Assembly: GCA_963840935.1 (NCBI GenBank) | Contig: CAWJAS010000001.1 | Coordinates: 1-43,901 of the forward strand | DNA length: 43,901 nucleotides | Direction of reading: 5' to 3' | Source of the DNA: Candidatus Magasanikiibacteriota bacterium | Lineage (GTDB): Bacteria; Patescibacteriota; Patescibacteriia; Magasanikbacterales; GWA2-37-8 | Shown here: piece after piece, positions 35,636-43,901 of the stretch | Layout: the number at the start of each line of letters is the position of its first letter | How positions within the stretch are numbered: position 1 is the first letter of the stretch | Notes under the pieces: model-generated | The model's input: only the letters and a program-made list of their open reading frames with translations | Database searches by the model: none | What the model was told of the DNA's origin: nothing | Position numbers and translations under genes: made by a program

Positions 35636-37363
35636 ATGTTTCCAAACAAACTGTTGGAGGAGATTATCATAGAAAAAAAATTGATTCCCGACATGAAAAA
35701 ATGGGAAGAAATAAAGAAGGAAATCGGAGTAGACAATAAAAATTTAATCGATCTGTTGATAAACAAGAATTTGATTGATGAATTTGTGTTATTTAACAAT
35801 ATCGCTGAGTACTTAAACGTCCCTTTTGTCACCCTAAAAGACAAAGAAATTTCGCCAGATATCATCAATTTAGTGCCAAACCCTCTAGCTTTGACCCATT
35901 TTGTAATGGCTTTTTCCAAAAATGACAAAGAAATAATGCTTGCCATGGTTGACCCGACAGACATGGAAACCGCTGAATTTATCAAAAGAAAAACCGGATT
36001 AGAACCCAATATATCCATAACTTCGCCATCTGAAATGCGCGAAGCCCTTCGTTTATACAGTTCAAATTTAGAGGAAGAATTCAAAATTATCCAAGAAAGA
36101 ACCAGCGAGGCGTCCTCGGACGGAGACTTAAAAAAAGTGGCCGAAGAACTTCCAATTATTAAAGTTGTCAACAGTATATTGGAACACGCAATCTACGAAG
36201 AAGCCTCGGACATTCACATTGAACCAAGCGATAAGGATGTTGGTATCCGCTACCGAGTTGATGGTATTTTGCATCCAATCATGACCCTGCCAAAATCATT
36301 GCAAAGCGGTATTGTGGCGCGCATAAAAATATTAGCCAATCTTCGTTTGGATGAACATATGGTACCTCAGGACGGAAGATTTAAAATTCAAATTCAAAAT
36401 GATAAAATCGCTTTTCGTGTTTCCATAATTCCCGTATATGACGGAGAAAAAATCGTAATGCGTTTACTGCCGGAAGGAGTAAAATCTCTCACTCTTGAAG
36501 AACTCGGATTTTTACCGGACAAAAAAATTATAATTGAAAAAGAAATAAAAAATCCGAATGGCATAATTTTTGTAACCGGCCCAACCGGTTCCGGTAAAAC
36601 TACCACATTATATTCAATATTAAATTTGCTAAACCAGCCCGGAGTGAATATCAGCACTATTGAGGACCCAATTGAATATAGAATTAAAGGCATTAACCAA
36701 AGTCAAATTAACCCAAAAATCGGCTTTACTTTTGCCAGCGGACTAAGGGCTTTTTTGCGCCAAGACCCAAATATAATCATGGTTGGAGAAATTCGTGATC
36801 ATGAAACGGCTGAAATCGCTCTGCACGCGGCCATGACCGGTCATTTAGTTATGTCTACCTTGCATACCAACGACGCTCCCACCACACTGCCAAGGTTAAT
36901 CGATATGGACATTCCGCCTTTTTTGGTTTCGTACACCACTAACTTGGTTATCGCTCAACGTTTGATAAGAAAAATATGTAAATACTGTAAAAAAGAGGTG
37001 ACTTTGGACAAAGCCTCGGTAATTGATTTGGGTAAAATATTCGGCATACAAAAAATACTTGATTTGTTCAAGGCCAACAACGTACTCGGGCCCAATGAAA
37101 AATCTCTCGATAAAATAGTATTTTTTAAAGGCGAAGGATGCCCAAAATGCAAACAAACCGGTTATAAAGGCCGATTGGGTATTTATGAAGTAATGCAGAT
37201 GAACGATGAAATTACAAAAAAAATCGCCGAACATGCTACCGCGACCGAAATAAAAGAAGCGGCGCAAAAAAACGGAATGACCACAATGTTTGAAGACGGA
37301 TTAATCAAAGCAAAAATGGGGCTTACTACGATTAATGAAATTCTAAGGGTAACAAAAGAATAA
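35636..37363 (+). CDS. pilB: Type IV pilus assembly ATPase PilB (GspE family)
   Basis: ASDIHIEP, GPTGSGKTT, LRQDP, GEIRD, STLHTN, tetracysteine motif; start reassigned to ATG MFPNK. Confidence 0.92.
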   Translation: MFPNKLLEEIIIEKKLIPDMKKWEEIKKEIGVDNKNLIDLLINKNLIDEFVLFNNIAEYLNVPFVTLKDKEISPDIINLVPNPLALTHFVMAFSKNDKEIMLAMVDPTDMETAEFIKRKTGLEPNISITSPSEMREALRLYSSNLEEEFKIIQERTSEASSDGDLKKVAEELPIIKVVNSILEHAIYEEASDIHIEPSDKDVGIRYRVDGILHPIMTLPKSLQSGIVARIKILANLRLDEHMVPQDGRFKIQIQNDKIAFRVSIIPVYDGEKIVMRLLPEGVKSLTLEELGFLPDKKIIIEKEIKNPNGIIFVTGPTGSGKTTTLYSILNLLNQPGVNISTIEDPIEYRIKGINQSQINPKIGFTFASGLRAFLRQDPNIIMVGEIRDHETAEIALHAAMTGHLVMSTLHTNDAPTTLPRLIDMDIPPFLVSYTTNLVIAQRLIRKICKYCKKEVTLDKASVIDLGKIFGIQKILDLFKANNVLGPNEKSLDKIVFFKGEGCPKCKQTGYKGRLGIYEVMQMNDEITKKIAEHATATEIKEAAQKNGMTTMFEDGLIKAKMGLTTINEILRVTKE

Positions 37364-37366
37364 TTT

Positions 37367-38473
37367 ATGGAGGAAAATTCATCCCAAAAAAAATCTGCAA
37401 TCGCCCGATTTAGAAACAAGCTAAACGAAAAATTTGGCACTGTTCCTTTTGTCCAAAAATTCATGCTCATCCATCATTTGGAAATAATGACAAAGGCCGG
37501 GTTATCCATTGTGAATTGCTTGAATGTTTTGAGCGCAGAAATCGATAATCCAAAATTAAAAAAAGTGGTAGTTGAAATTAAAAACGAAGTTGAAACGGGT
37601 AAGCAATTAAGCGAAGTTCTTTCAAAATACCCAAAAATATTCCCTCCTATTTATGTAAGTATGATAGGAGCCGGTGAAATAGCCGGAAAATTAGAGGAAT
37701 CTCTCGGGCAAATCAGCAATCAAATGAAAAAAAGTCAACACCTTAACGCTAAAATAAGAAACGCCATGATTTACCCGGCTGTTATTATTTCCGCCATGAT
37801 TGGTATATCATTTTTTGTAGTATTCTATATTATGCCAAAAATATTGGTCATGTTTGAAGAAATGGACGCCGAACTGCCTGTGGCCACTAAAATTCTAATT
37901 AACATTACCAAATTTGCTCAGCATTATTGGTGGTTGATAATTATCGTCGTTTTTGCCCTTATCTTCGGATTTATTAAGGCAATGAAAATTTACTCATTTA
38001 GAAAAAAAATGCACCGCATATTTCTTTCTCTGCCAATCTTTGGAGCAATAATAAAAAAAATTAATCTGGCACGCTTTACCTTAACACTGTCTTCTCTTTT
38101 GGCTTCGACCATCCCCATTGTCGAGGCGGTTAAGGTATCTTCCGAAGTATTACGAAATATTATTTACAAAGAAAATCTTTTAGCCGCCGCCGGAGCGCTT
38201 AAACAAGGAGAAGCTCTGTCAACAACACTGTCAGAGAATCCACATATTTTTCCAACCATGGTTACAGAAATGATAATGGTTGGGGAACAAACTGGAAAAG
38301 TCGAAAAAATGCTTGGCGAATTATCCGAGTATTACAACAATGAAGTTGAAGACACGATGAACAACTTTTCTTCCATTATTGAACCCGTAATTATTTTAAT
38401 GCTCGGATTAGGGGTTGCTGGTATTGCTGTCGCTGTTATAATGCCCATGTATTCATTGGCACAAAATGTCTAA
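37367..38473 (+). CDS. pilC: Type IV pilus platform protein PilC (GspF family)
   Basis: AGEIAGKLE, AMIYP, VGEQTG, IEP. Confidence 0.92.
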   Translation: MEENSSQKKSAIARFRNKLNEKFGTVPFVQKFMLIHHLEIMTKAGLSIVNCLNVLSAEIDNPKLKKVVVEIKNEVETGKQLSEVLSKYPKIFPPIYVSMIGAGEIAGKLEESLGQISNQMKKSQHLNAKIRNAMIYPAVIISAMIGISFFVVFYIMPKILVMFEEMDAELPVATKILINITKFAQHYWWLIIIVVFALIFGFIKAMKIYSFRKKMHRIFLSLPIFGAIIKKINLARFTLTLSSLLASTIPIVEAVKVSSEVLRNIIYKENLLAAAGALKQGEALSTTLSENPHIFPTMVTEMIMVGEQTGKVEKMLGELSEYYNNEVEDTMNNFSSIIEPVIILMLGLGVAGIAVAVIMPMYSLAQNV

Positions 38474-38476
38474 TAT

Positions 38477-39565
38477 ATGATTATTAATAATCCATTTAAA
38501 GGAGCTTTCGGCTTAGATATCGGCGATTCATCTATTAAAATTGTTCAGTTAACAAAAAAATGGCGTCCAAGCGGTCGAACACGTTATAATATTTCGGATA
38601 TTCGCCAAATAAGCCTGCCTGAAGGAGCGATTTCTTTTGGCGAAATACTTCAGCCCGATATCGTAATAAAAAAACTGCAACAATTATTGGGCACGAACGC
38701 CAAAATTCCTCCTTTAAAATGCCCGTGGGTCGCGGCCAGCCTGCCGGTTACAAAATCATTTCTAAAATTAATTGAAACTCCGGTTAGCGAAGATAAATTA
38801 AACGACGAAGTTATTTTGCAAGAAGTTTCCAAGCATTTACCATGGAATATTTCCGAAATTAAAATTGATTGGCAAATAATTCGAAATCCTTTTCCAAAAA
38901 AGAACGAATCCCAATTGCTTATCGGCGCGGTGCCAAAAAAAACAATTTTCGATTATTCCAATATTTTAAAATCCGCTAACTTAAAACCGTTATTTTTAGA
39001 AATTGAAGATTTGGCAATCGCCAGAGCGATGATTACGGCGAGTAAAACATACGAAAATGAAGCACGGGCAATCCTTGATTTGGGCGGTTCTCGCTCCAGT
39101 TTGATTATTTATGACAAAGGCAGTATTCAGTTTTCTTCATTAATTGATTTTTCCGGTGATTATATCGACCGCATACTTTCTACACGGCTTAATATTGAAC
39201 CTGCTTTGGCGAAAGAATTAAAAATTAACAACGGCCTTAATTACATAAATAAATACCCAGAATATTTAAAAATAATGATCGAGCTGGCGGAAAAATTAAC
39301 AAATAATATTCTCCAAAAAATGAAATTTTACGACGATCATTTCAATAATACCAATCCCATAACACACATTACCATGTCCGGCGGAATGTCGATTATGAAT
39401 AACCTTGATAAATATTTAACGGAAAAAATAAACATTGAAGCGGCACCCGGCGATATTTGGAAAAATCTTTTTAATAAAAAAATCAGCCAGGAAAATAAAA
39501 AAAATTTAGCATTTGCTTCTGCAATAGGCCTTGCCTTACGCGCGACTGATTGGCCTTTGAATTAA
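38477..39565 (+). CDS. pilM: Type IV pilus alignment protein PilM
   Basis: GLDIG, LDLGG, SGG and AIGLALR actin-like motifs. Confidence 0.9.
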   Translation: MIINNPFKGAFGLDIGDSSIKIVQLTKKWRPSGRTRYNISDIRQISLPEGAISFGEILQPDIVIKKLQQLLGTNAKIPPLKCPWVAASLPVTKSFLKLIETPVSEDKLNDEVILQEVSKHLPWNISEIKIDWQIIRNPFPKKNESQLLIGAVPKKTIFDYSNILKSANLKPLFLEIEDLAIARAMITASKTYENEARAILDLGGSRSSLIIYDKGSIQFSSLIDFSGDYIDRILSTRLNIEPALAKELKINNGLNYINKYPEYLKIMIELAEKLTNNILQKMKFYDDHFNNTNPITHITMSGGMSIMNNLDKYLTEKINIEAAPGDIWKNLFNKKISQENKKNLAFASAIGLALRATDWPLN

Positions 39566-39569
39566 AACT

Positions 39570-40115
39570 ATGATGACACTTAACCTTAATTTCTTACCCG
39601 AAAAAGACCAAAAAAATATTAAAACAGCCTCGCTGATAAGCTGGGGTATTAATGTTTTCAAAATTACTCTTTTCTTATTCATTTTATTCAACGGTTTTTT
39701 GTTTTTGATTAATTTCTTATTAAGCGAACAAGTATCAATGCTCGCCAAAAGAAGCGAAGAAGTTAATAAAAATTATTTTTTCTATAATCAAGAAGTGACG
39801 AATATCAATGAACAGTTAAAACACATTAACATGGCGGCTACCAATTATTCAATTTTAACTCCATATTTGCATGAATTAATAAACACTCTACCCGGAGAAA
39901 TTCAATTAAAAAGTATTATACTTGACGCAAAAACCGGTGGTATTTCGGCTGTGAGTGGCATAGCGACCGATCGCAATGCGCTATTAAATTACAAGGAAAT
40001 TCTTGAAAATATTGACTGGATAACATATTTTGACCTGCCTACTTCACAATTAATTCAGAAAGAAAATATTAATTTTAACATTATATTGGAAATTGGGTCG
40101 GTTAAACCAAAGTAA
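39570..40115 (+). CDS. pilN: PilN-like protein
   Basis: LNFLP motif, single TM, coiled coil, position after pilM. Confidence 0.78.
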   Translation: MMTLNLNFLPEKDQKNIKTASLISWGINVFKITLFLFILFNGFLFLINFLLSEQVSMLAKRSEEVNKNYFFYNQEVTNINEQLKHINMAATNYSILTPYLHELINTLPGEIQLKSIILDAKTGGISAVSGIATDRNALLNYKEILENIDWITYFDLPTSQLIQKENINFNIILEIGSVKPK

Positions 40116-40117
40116 TT

Positions 40118-40651
40118 ATGAAAAGATCATTAATTCTACTGCTAATTATTATACTCGCGAACGCCGGATTTTTGGGCATGACTTTTATATTTAAAAAAAG
40201 AATTAATAAAAATACTTTTGTCATTGAGGAAGAAATAACAAAATTGAATAAAAAACATTTAGAGATAGATAATCTGCGAGACAACCTTCAGCAAATAAAA
40301 AATATTGATGAAGATATATCGATTTATGAAAAATATTTATTCACCAAAGGTAATGAATTGGATCTAATAGAGGATTTGGAAAATCTGGCGATTGCGAATA
40401 AAGTAACCCAAAAAATAGTTACCCATAATATCGATAATAAAAAAAGTGAAATACTCGAAATTACTCTTTCAATTGACGGACTTTATTCTAATGCGATTAG
40501 GTATTTATATGATTTGGAAAACTATGATTATTTTATTAATATAGAACGAATTGAATTATTGCCAAAAATTTCTACCGCTTTGGAAACATCGCCAAATAAC
40601 CCCTCCGTTAACATGCGTCTAAAGATATCGTTGTATGCCAAAAACATTTAA
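40118..40651 (+). CDS. pilO: PilO-like protein
   Basis: Single TM, coiled coil, G.Y...YL..LEN..YFINI pattern; operon position. Confidence 0.72.
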   Translation: MKRSLILLLIIILANAGFLGMTFIFKKRINKNTFVIEEEITKLNKKHLEIDNLRDNLQQIKNIDEDISIYEKYLFTKGNELDLIEDLENLAIANKVTQKIVTHNIDNKKSEILEITLSIDGLYSNAIRYLYDLENYDYFINIERIELLPKISTALETSPNNPSVNMRLKISLYAKNI

Positions 40652-41000
40652 ACCAAATACACGTAATTATACGTCGACCAGCCATAATAATAATTATTAT
40701 TATTGGTTTATCACCTCCTTAATTATAGTCATTTGTTTTACGGCTATTTTGATATGGTTTGGGAATAATATTTTTAATAAAACAATGGATGCAATAAATA
40801 AATCAAATCAAAAAATTGTCGAAAAAACCGGCATTGAAGTATCCGCGGAATTAAATCAAGATGATTTTTTACGGACCAGCCAAATAATTGACGCGAAAAA
40901 CTCTCGCTTAATTCCAGCGACTAATATCAGAAATATATTCTTGTTTAATTCATATACCGGCCAAACACCAAAAATTATTGAAAATATTAATATTGAATAA
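40635..41000 (+). CDS. Single-TM hypothetical protein at the PilP position
   Basis: Overlaps the pilO end; RNIF resembles the RNPF motif. Confidence 0.6.
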   Translation: MPKTFKPNTRNYTSTSHNNNYYYWFITSLIIVICFTAILIWFGNNIFNKTMDAINKSNQKIVEKTGIEVSAELNQDDFLRTSQIIDAKNSRLIPATNIRNIFLFNSYTGQTPKIIENINIE

Positions 41001-41001
41001 A

Positions 41002-42177
41002 ATGGATCTGAAATTTAAAAAAAATTGGTTTTTACTTGGAAATTTTACTACAATTTCTGCCGCCGAGTTATCGGCGGTATTAAAATTACGTGAAGATGAA
41101 TATTTGATGGAACAAAATTTTTTTATTTGTGATAAAAATATCAGCAACCCCGAAGAATTAATTGAACGGCTTGGCGGAACTGTAAAAATAGCTGTCTTTG
41201 CCGGCGTAGCCGATACTGCCGAGCAATTATCAGAAAAAATCGCAAATATTATTGCCGATGCGAATGGAAAAATAGTATTTGGTATTAGCGCCTATTTTGG
41301 CGAGAGTGGTGAAACTTCGCAGTGGGTATATAACCTGGGGAAAACAATAAAAAATGAACTGAAAGATAAAAAATTGTCCTGCCGTTATGTATTTAATCGT
41401 GAACCTGTTTTATCATCAGTAACTGTGCAAAAAAATAATTTGCTTGAAAAAGGATTTGAGTTTTTGGTAATAAAAAAAGGCGATAGATACTACTTCGCCA
41501 GAACCAAAGCTGTCCAACCATTCGAAGAGTGGGGCCGACGAGATATCGGCCGTCCGGAACGAGATCAAAAAAGCGGTACACTCCCCCCCAAACTTGCCAG
41601 AATAATGATAAACCTTTCCGGTGCCAGTTTAAATAATTCGATTTTAGATCCATTTTGCGGTTCAGGAACCATAATTTCAGAAGCGGTAGTTATGGGATAC
41701 AAAAAAATATTTGGTTCTGATATCTCCTTCAAAGCGACCGAGGACAGTAAGAAAAATATTGACTGGATAAAACCGGATAATAACGCAAAAATTATAAACA
41801 CCGATATCTCCGAATTAAGTAAAAAAATAAAACCTGCTTCCATTGAAATAATTATTACTGAGCCCTTTTTGGGAAAACCACTAAAAGGCGGGGAAACGAA
41901 ACAAGTTTTGGAAAAACAATCGGAAGAGCTTAAAAAACTTTATTTGATTGCATTTTGCGAATTTAAAAAAATTCTAACAGATAACGGAAAGATAATATTT
42001 ATTATCCCCCGTTTCAAACATGGTGGAGAATGGTTGCGAATAAACTGCGTAAACGAAATTAAAAAGCTCGGGTTTAATACCGAGCCTCTTTTCCAAAATA
42101 GAGAATATTTAATTTACGCGCGGGCTGATCAAAAAGTCGGACGCGAAATTTGGAAATTCACCAAAACCGCCTCTTAA
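41002..42177 (+). CDS. Trm11/UPF0020-like SAM-dependent RNA methyltransferase
   Basis: LPPKLARIMINL, LDPFCGSGT, ITEPFLG; start reassigned to MDLK. Confidence 0.82.
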   Translation: MDLKFKKNWFLLGNFTTISAAELSAVLKLREDEYLMEQNFFICDKNISNPEELIERLGGTVKIAVFAGVADTAEQLSEKIANIIADANGKIVFGISAYFGESGETSQWVYNLGKTIKNELKDKKLSCRYVFNREPVLSSVTVQKNNLLEKGFEFLVIKKGDRYYFARTKAVQPFEEWGRRDIGRPERDQKSGTLPPKLARIMINLSGASLNNSILDPFCGSGTIISEAVVMGYKKIFGSDISFKATEDSKKNIDWIKPDNNAKIINTDISELSKKIKPASIEIIITEPFLGKPLKGGETKQVLEKQSEELKKLYLIAFCEFKKILTDNGKIIFIIPRFKHGGEWLRINCVNEIKKLGFNTEPLFQNREYLIYARADQKVGREIWKFTKTAS

Positions 42178-43319
42178 TTAGCATTGGTGCTATCAATAAA
42201 ATACTGTCCCAAATTTGAGTCAGTGTCTGTTGAAATTGGAATATCTGACCAGCTATCATCGGTTTCCTCAACTACCTGCTCCGTCTGCTCACTACCCTCA
42301 GAATTTTCATTGGCATCTTCAATATCTGAATTTTGCCCTGTATCACCATTCAGATTTGGTTCAAGTTCTTGAACATTATTTTGATTTTCCGTAATAATAG
42401 CTTCGTTCAATCTTCTGGGTTCCAAAATAATAGTATTGATAACCCGTCTAATTCTTGGAGCAAATTTTTTAATTATTTCTTCACTATACAATTGTCTAAC
42501 CCTGTCTTCGCTTAAGCCCTGTGATTGCAACTCAAGCAAGCGTTTTCTAATGACATCATCTGCCAAAAGCGACCTGGCTATCCATCTTGTTTTTAATATT
42601 GCTCCGTCAATCGGCCTGACCAAATCATTAATGCGTTTTTTACGCGAAGCAAAACCAGCTAAATCATCAGAAGTAATAACTAATATTTGATTCTCACTAA
42701 CCGTTGCTTCCTGATTTGGCATAGTACTTCCATCACTCTGATCAATGGGCAAAACGGCAATATTGTGTTCTGATCCGATTATAGTGGTCGATTCTCGCGT
42801 GGCGCTTGCTCCAAAAGCCGACCCGCGAACTGCAGCCACGGCGTTACTCGTGGTTACTTCCCAAGCGGATTCCGGAGTCACAAGTTTAATAATTTTTGAC
42901 CACAAATTGCCGGCGATCAAAGAGATTTTGACTTTTAAAGTTTTAAAATCATAATCATACTCTCCGGTCAAAATTTGTATTTTTGTATTTGAATCCATCC
43001 TAGCAACCGAACCATCCGGAAAGTACACGTTTGCCATTCCGGTCTTATCGGTTTCAATAGTTTCTCCCTCTGCTATTTCGTCACCTGTAATTAAAGGTTG
43101 TTTTTCACTATCATCAGATACGATAAAAACTCCGGTTGCCAAAACTTCCACCCACGGCCTGCCAATTTTTTGCTCTTCCTCCTGCTCAATGGTTTCATAA
43201 TTTTGCGTGGGCTGATTTTGAACAACGGGCGTGGTTTTTTTACTTCCGCAACCGCTAAAAAAAATTACCAAGGCAATAAGACAAACAAAAAGTGATAATA
43301 AACGAATTTCATTTTTCAT
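42174..43319 (-). CDS. FecR-domain lipoprotein with an acidic tail
   Basis: Lipobox FSGC; IETD..G.A...FPDGS..RMD.NT; VTTSNAVAAVRGS. Confidence 0.8.
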   Translation of the reverse strand: MKNEIRLLSLFVCLIALVIFFSGCGSKKTTPVVQNQPTQNYETIEQEEEQKIGRPWVEVLATGVFIVSDDSEKQPLITGDEIAEGETIETDKTGMANVYFPDGSVARMDSNTKIQILTGEYDYDFKTLKVKISLIAGNLWSKIIKLVTPESAWEVTTSNAVAAVRGSAFGASATRESTTIIGSEHNIAVLPIDQSDGSTMPNQEATVSENQILVITSDDLAGFASRKKRINDLVRPIDGAILKTRWIARSLLADDVIRKRLLELQSQGLSEDRVRQLYSEEIIKKFAPRIRRVINTIILEPRRLNEAIITENQNNVQELEPNLNGDTGQNSDIEDANENSEGSEQTEQVVEETDDSWSDIPISTDTDSNLGQYFIDSTNAN

Positions 43320-43335
43320 AAAAAAAATTTAATTA

Positions 43336-43901
43336 TTATTTAGAAGGGTTAACGTGAAAATAAATAACGTCTCCATCCTGAATTTCATATTCTTTGCCCT
43401 CAAGTCTCATTTTGCCGGTTTCCTTTATTTTACTCCAACCGCCAAAATTCACAAAATCTTCCCAATTCACCACATCGGCTTTAATAAAACCTTTCACAAA
43501 ATCAGTGTGAATTACGCCTGCTGCCTCAGGCGCTTTCGCTCCTTTTCGAACCGTCCACGCGCGTGTTTCCGGCTCTCCGCTTGTCAAAAATGTCACTAAA
43601 TTAAGCAATTTATAGCTGGCTTTTATTAATTTATCCAATCCAGTCTCGACCATCCCCAAATTATTTAAATAATCTTTAGCCTCCGCCTGGCTGAGTTCAG
43701 CTAATTCCGACTCAAGTTTTGCACAAATTTCAATTTGCACGGTTAATTCATTTATTATTGTTGAACCTCCTTTCGCGGTTTCCGCTTCATCAACGTTCAA
43801 CACATATAGCATCGGCTTCATCGTTAACAAACATAAACCCCTAACTATTTCATTTTCATCCTCCGAATATTCAAGTTCTCTTGCCGAACCACCTTTTTCC
43901 A
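43336..43901 (-). CDS. ychF: Ribosome-binding ATPase YchF, 3' part (5' end outside window)
   Basis: KPMLYVLN, ETRAWT, AAGVIHTDF, EGKEYEIQDGD. Confidence 0.95.
   Translation of the reverse strand, partial: EKGGSARELEYSEDENEIVRGLCLLTMKPMLYVLNVDEAETAKGGSTIINELTVQIEICAKLESELAELSQAEAKDYLNNLGMVETGLDKLIKASYKLLNLVTFLTSGEPETRAWTVRKGAKAPEAAGVIHTDFVKGFIKADVVNWEDFVNFGGWSKIKETGKMRLEGKEYEIQDGDVIYFHVNPSK

Noticed and set aside
35599-37470. Antisense ORFs opposite pilB
   Set aside because: Low-complexity shadow frames of a well-supported gene
1-43901. CRISPR array, IS transposase or tRNA introns
   Set aside because: No regularly spaced repeats, no transposase motifs, and all seven tRNAs fold contiguously

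Overview
AT-rich bacterial chromosomal window with the gene content and style of a Patescibacteria/CPR genome (inferred: probably a Parcubacteria/ABY1-like lineage; genetic code 11, since TGA is used as stop, e.g. nrdD). It starts inside the 5' end of a 23S rRNA gene that has no 16S upstream. Instead the gene has its own promoter and a structured leader containing an overlapping terminator/antiterminator. The window then carries rpsO-NYN-pnp, seven tRNAs, a GT28 glycosyltransferase, 11 VirB2/TrbC-like pilin paralogues (several with six-cysteine defensin-like modules), an orphan solute-binding lipoprotein, galU, type IV minor pilins, nrdDG with NrdR boxes, ruvB, a SpoIID-like wall protein flanked by two DGR-target-like genes, a flippase, an AI-2E transporter, efp/epmA, rpsF-ssb-rpsR, a pilBCMNO operon, a Trm11-like methyltransferase, a FecR lipoprotein and partial ychF. 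Most notable: small structured elements bounded by duplicated tRNA ends at three tRNAs, the attenuator-like 23S leader, the modular pilin array, and two DGR-target-like genes sharing a homologous 3' hairpin. Three genes (pnp, one pilin, the solute-binding protein) are broken by single-base lesions that may be sequencing errors. All calls come from reading the sequence; no searches were run.
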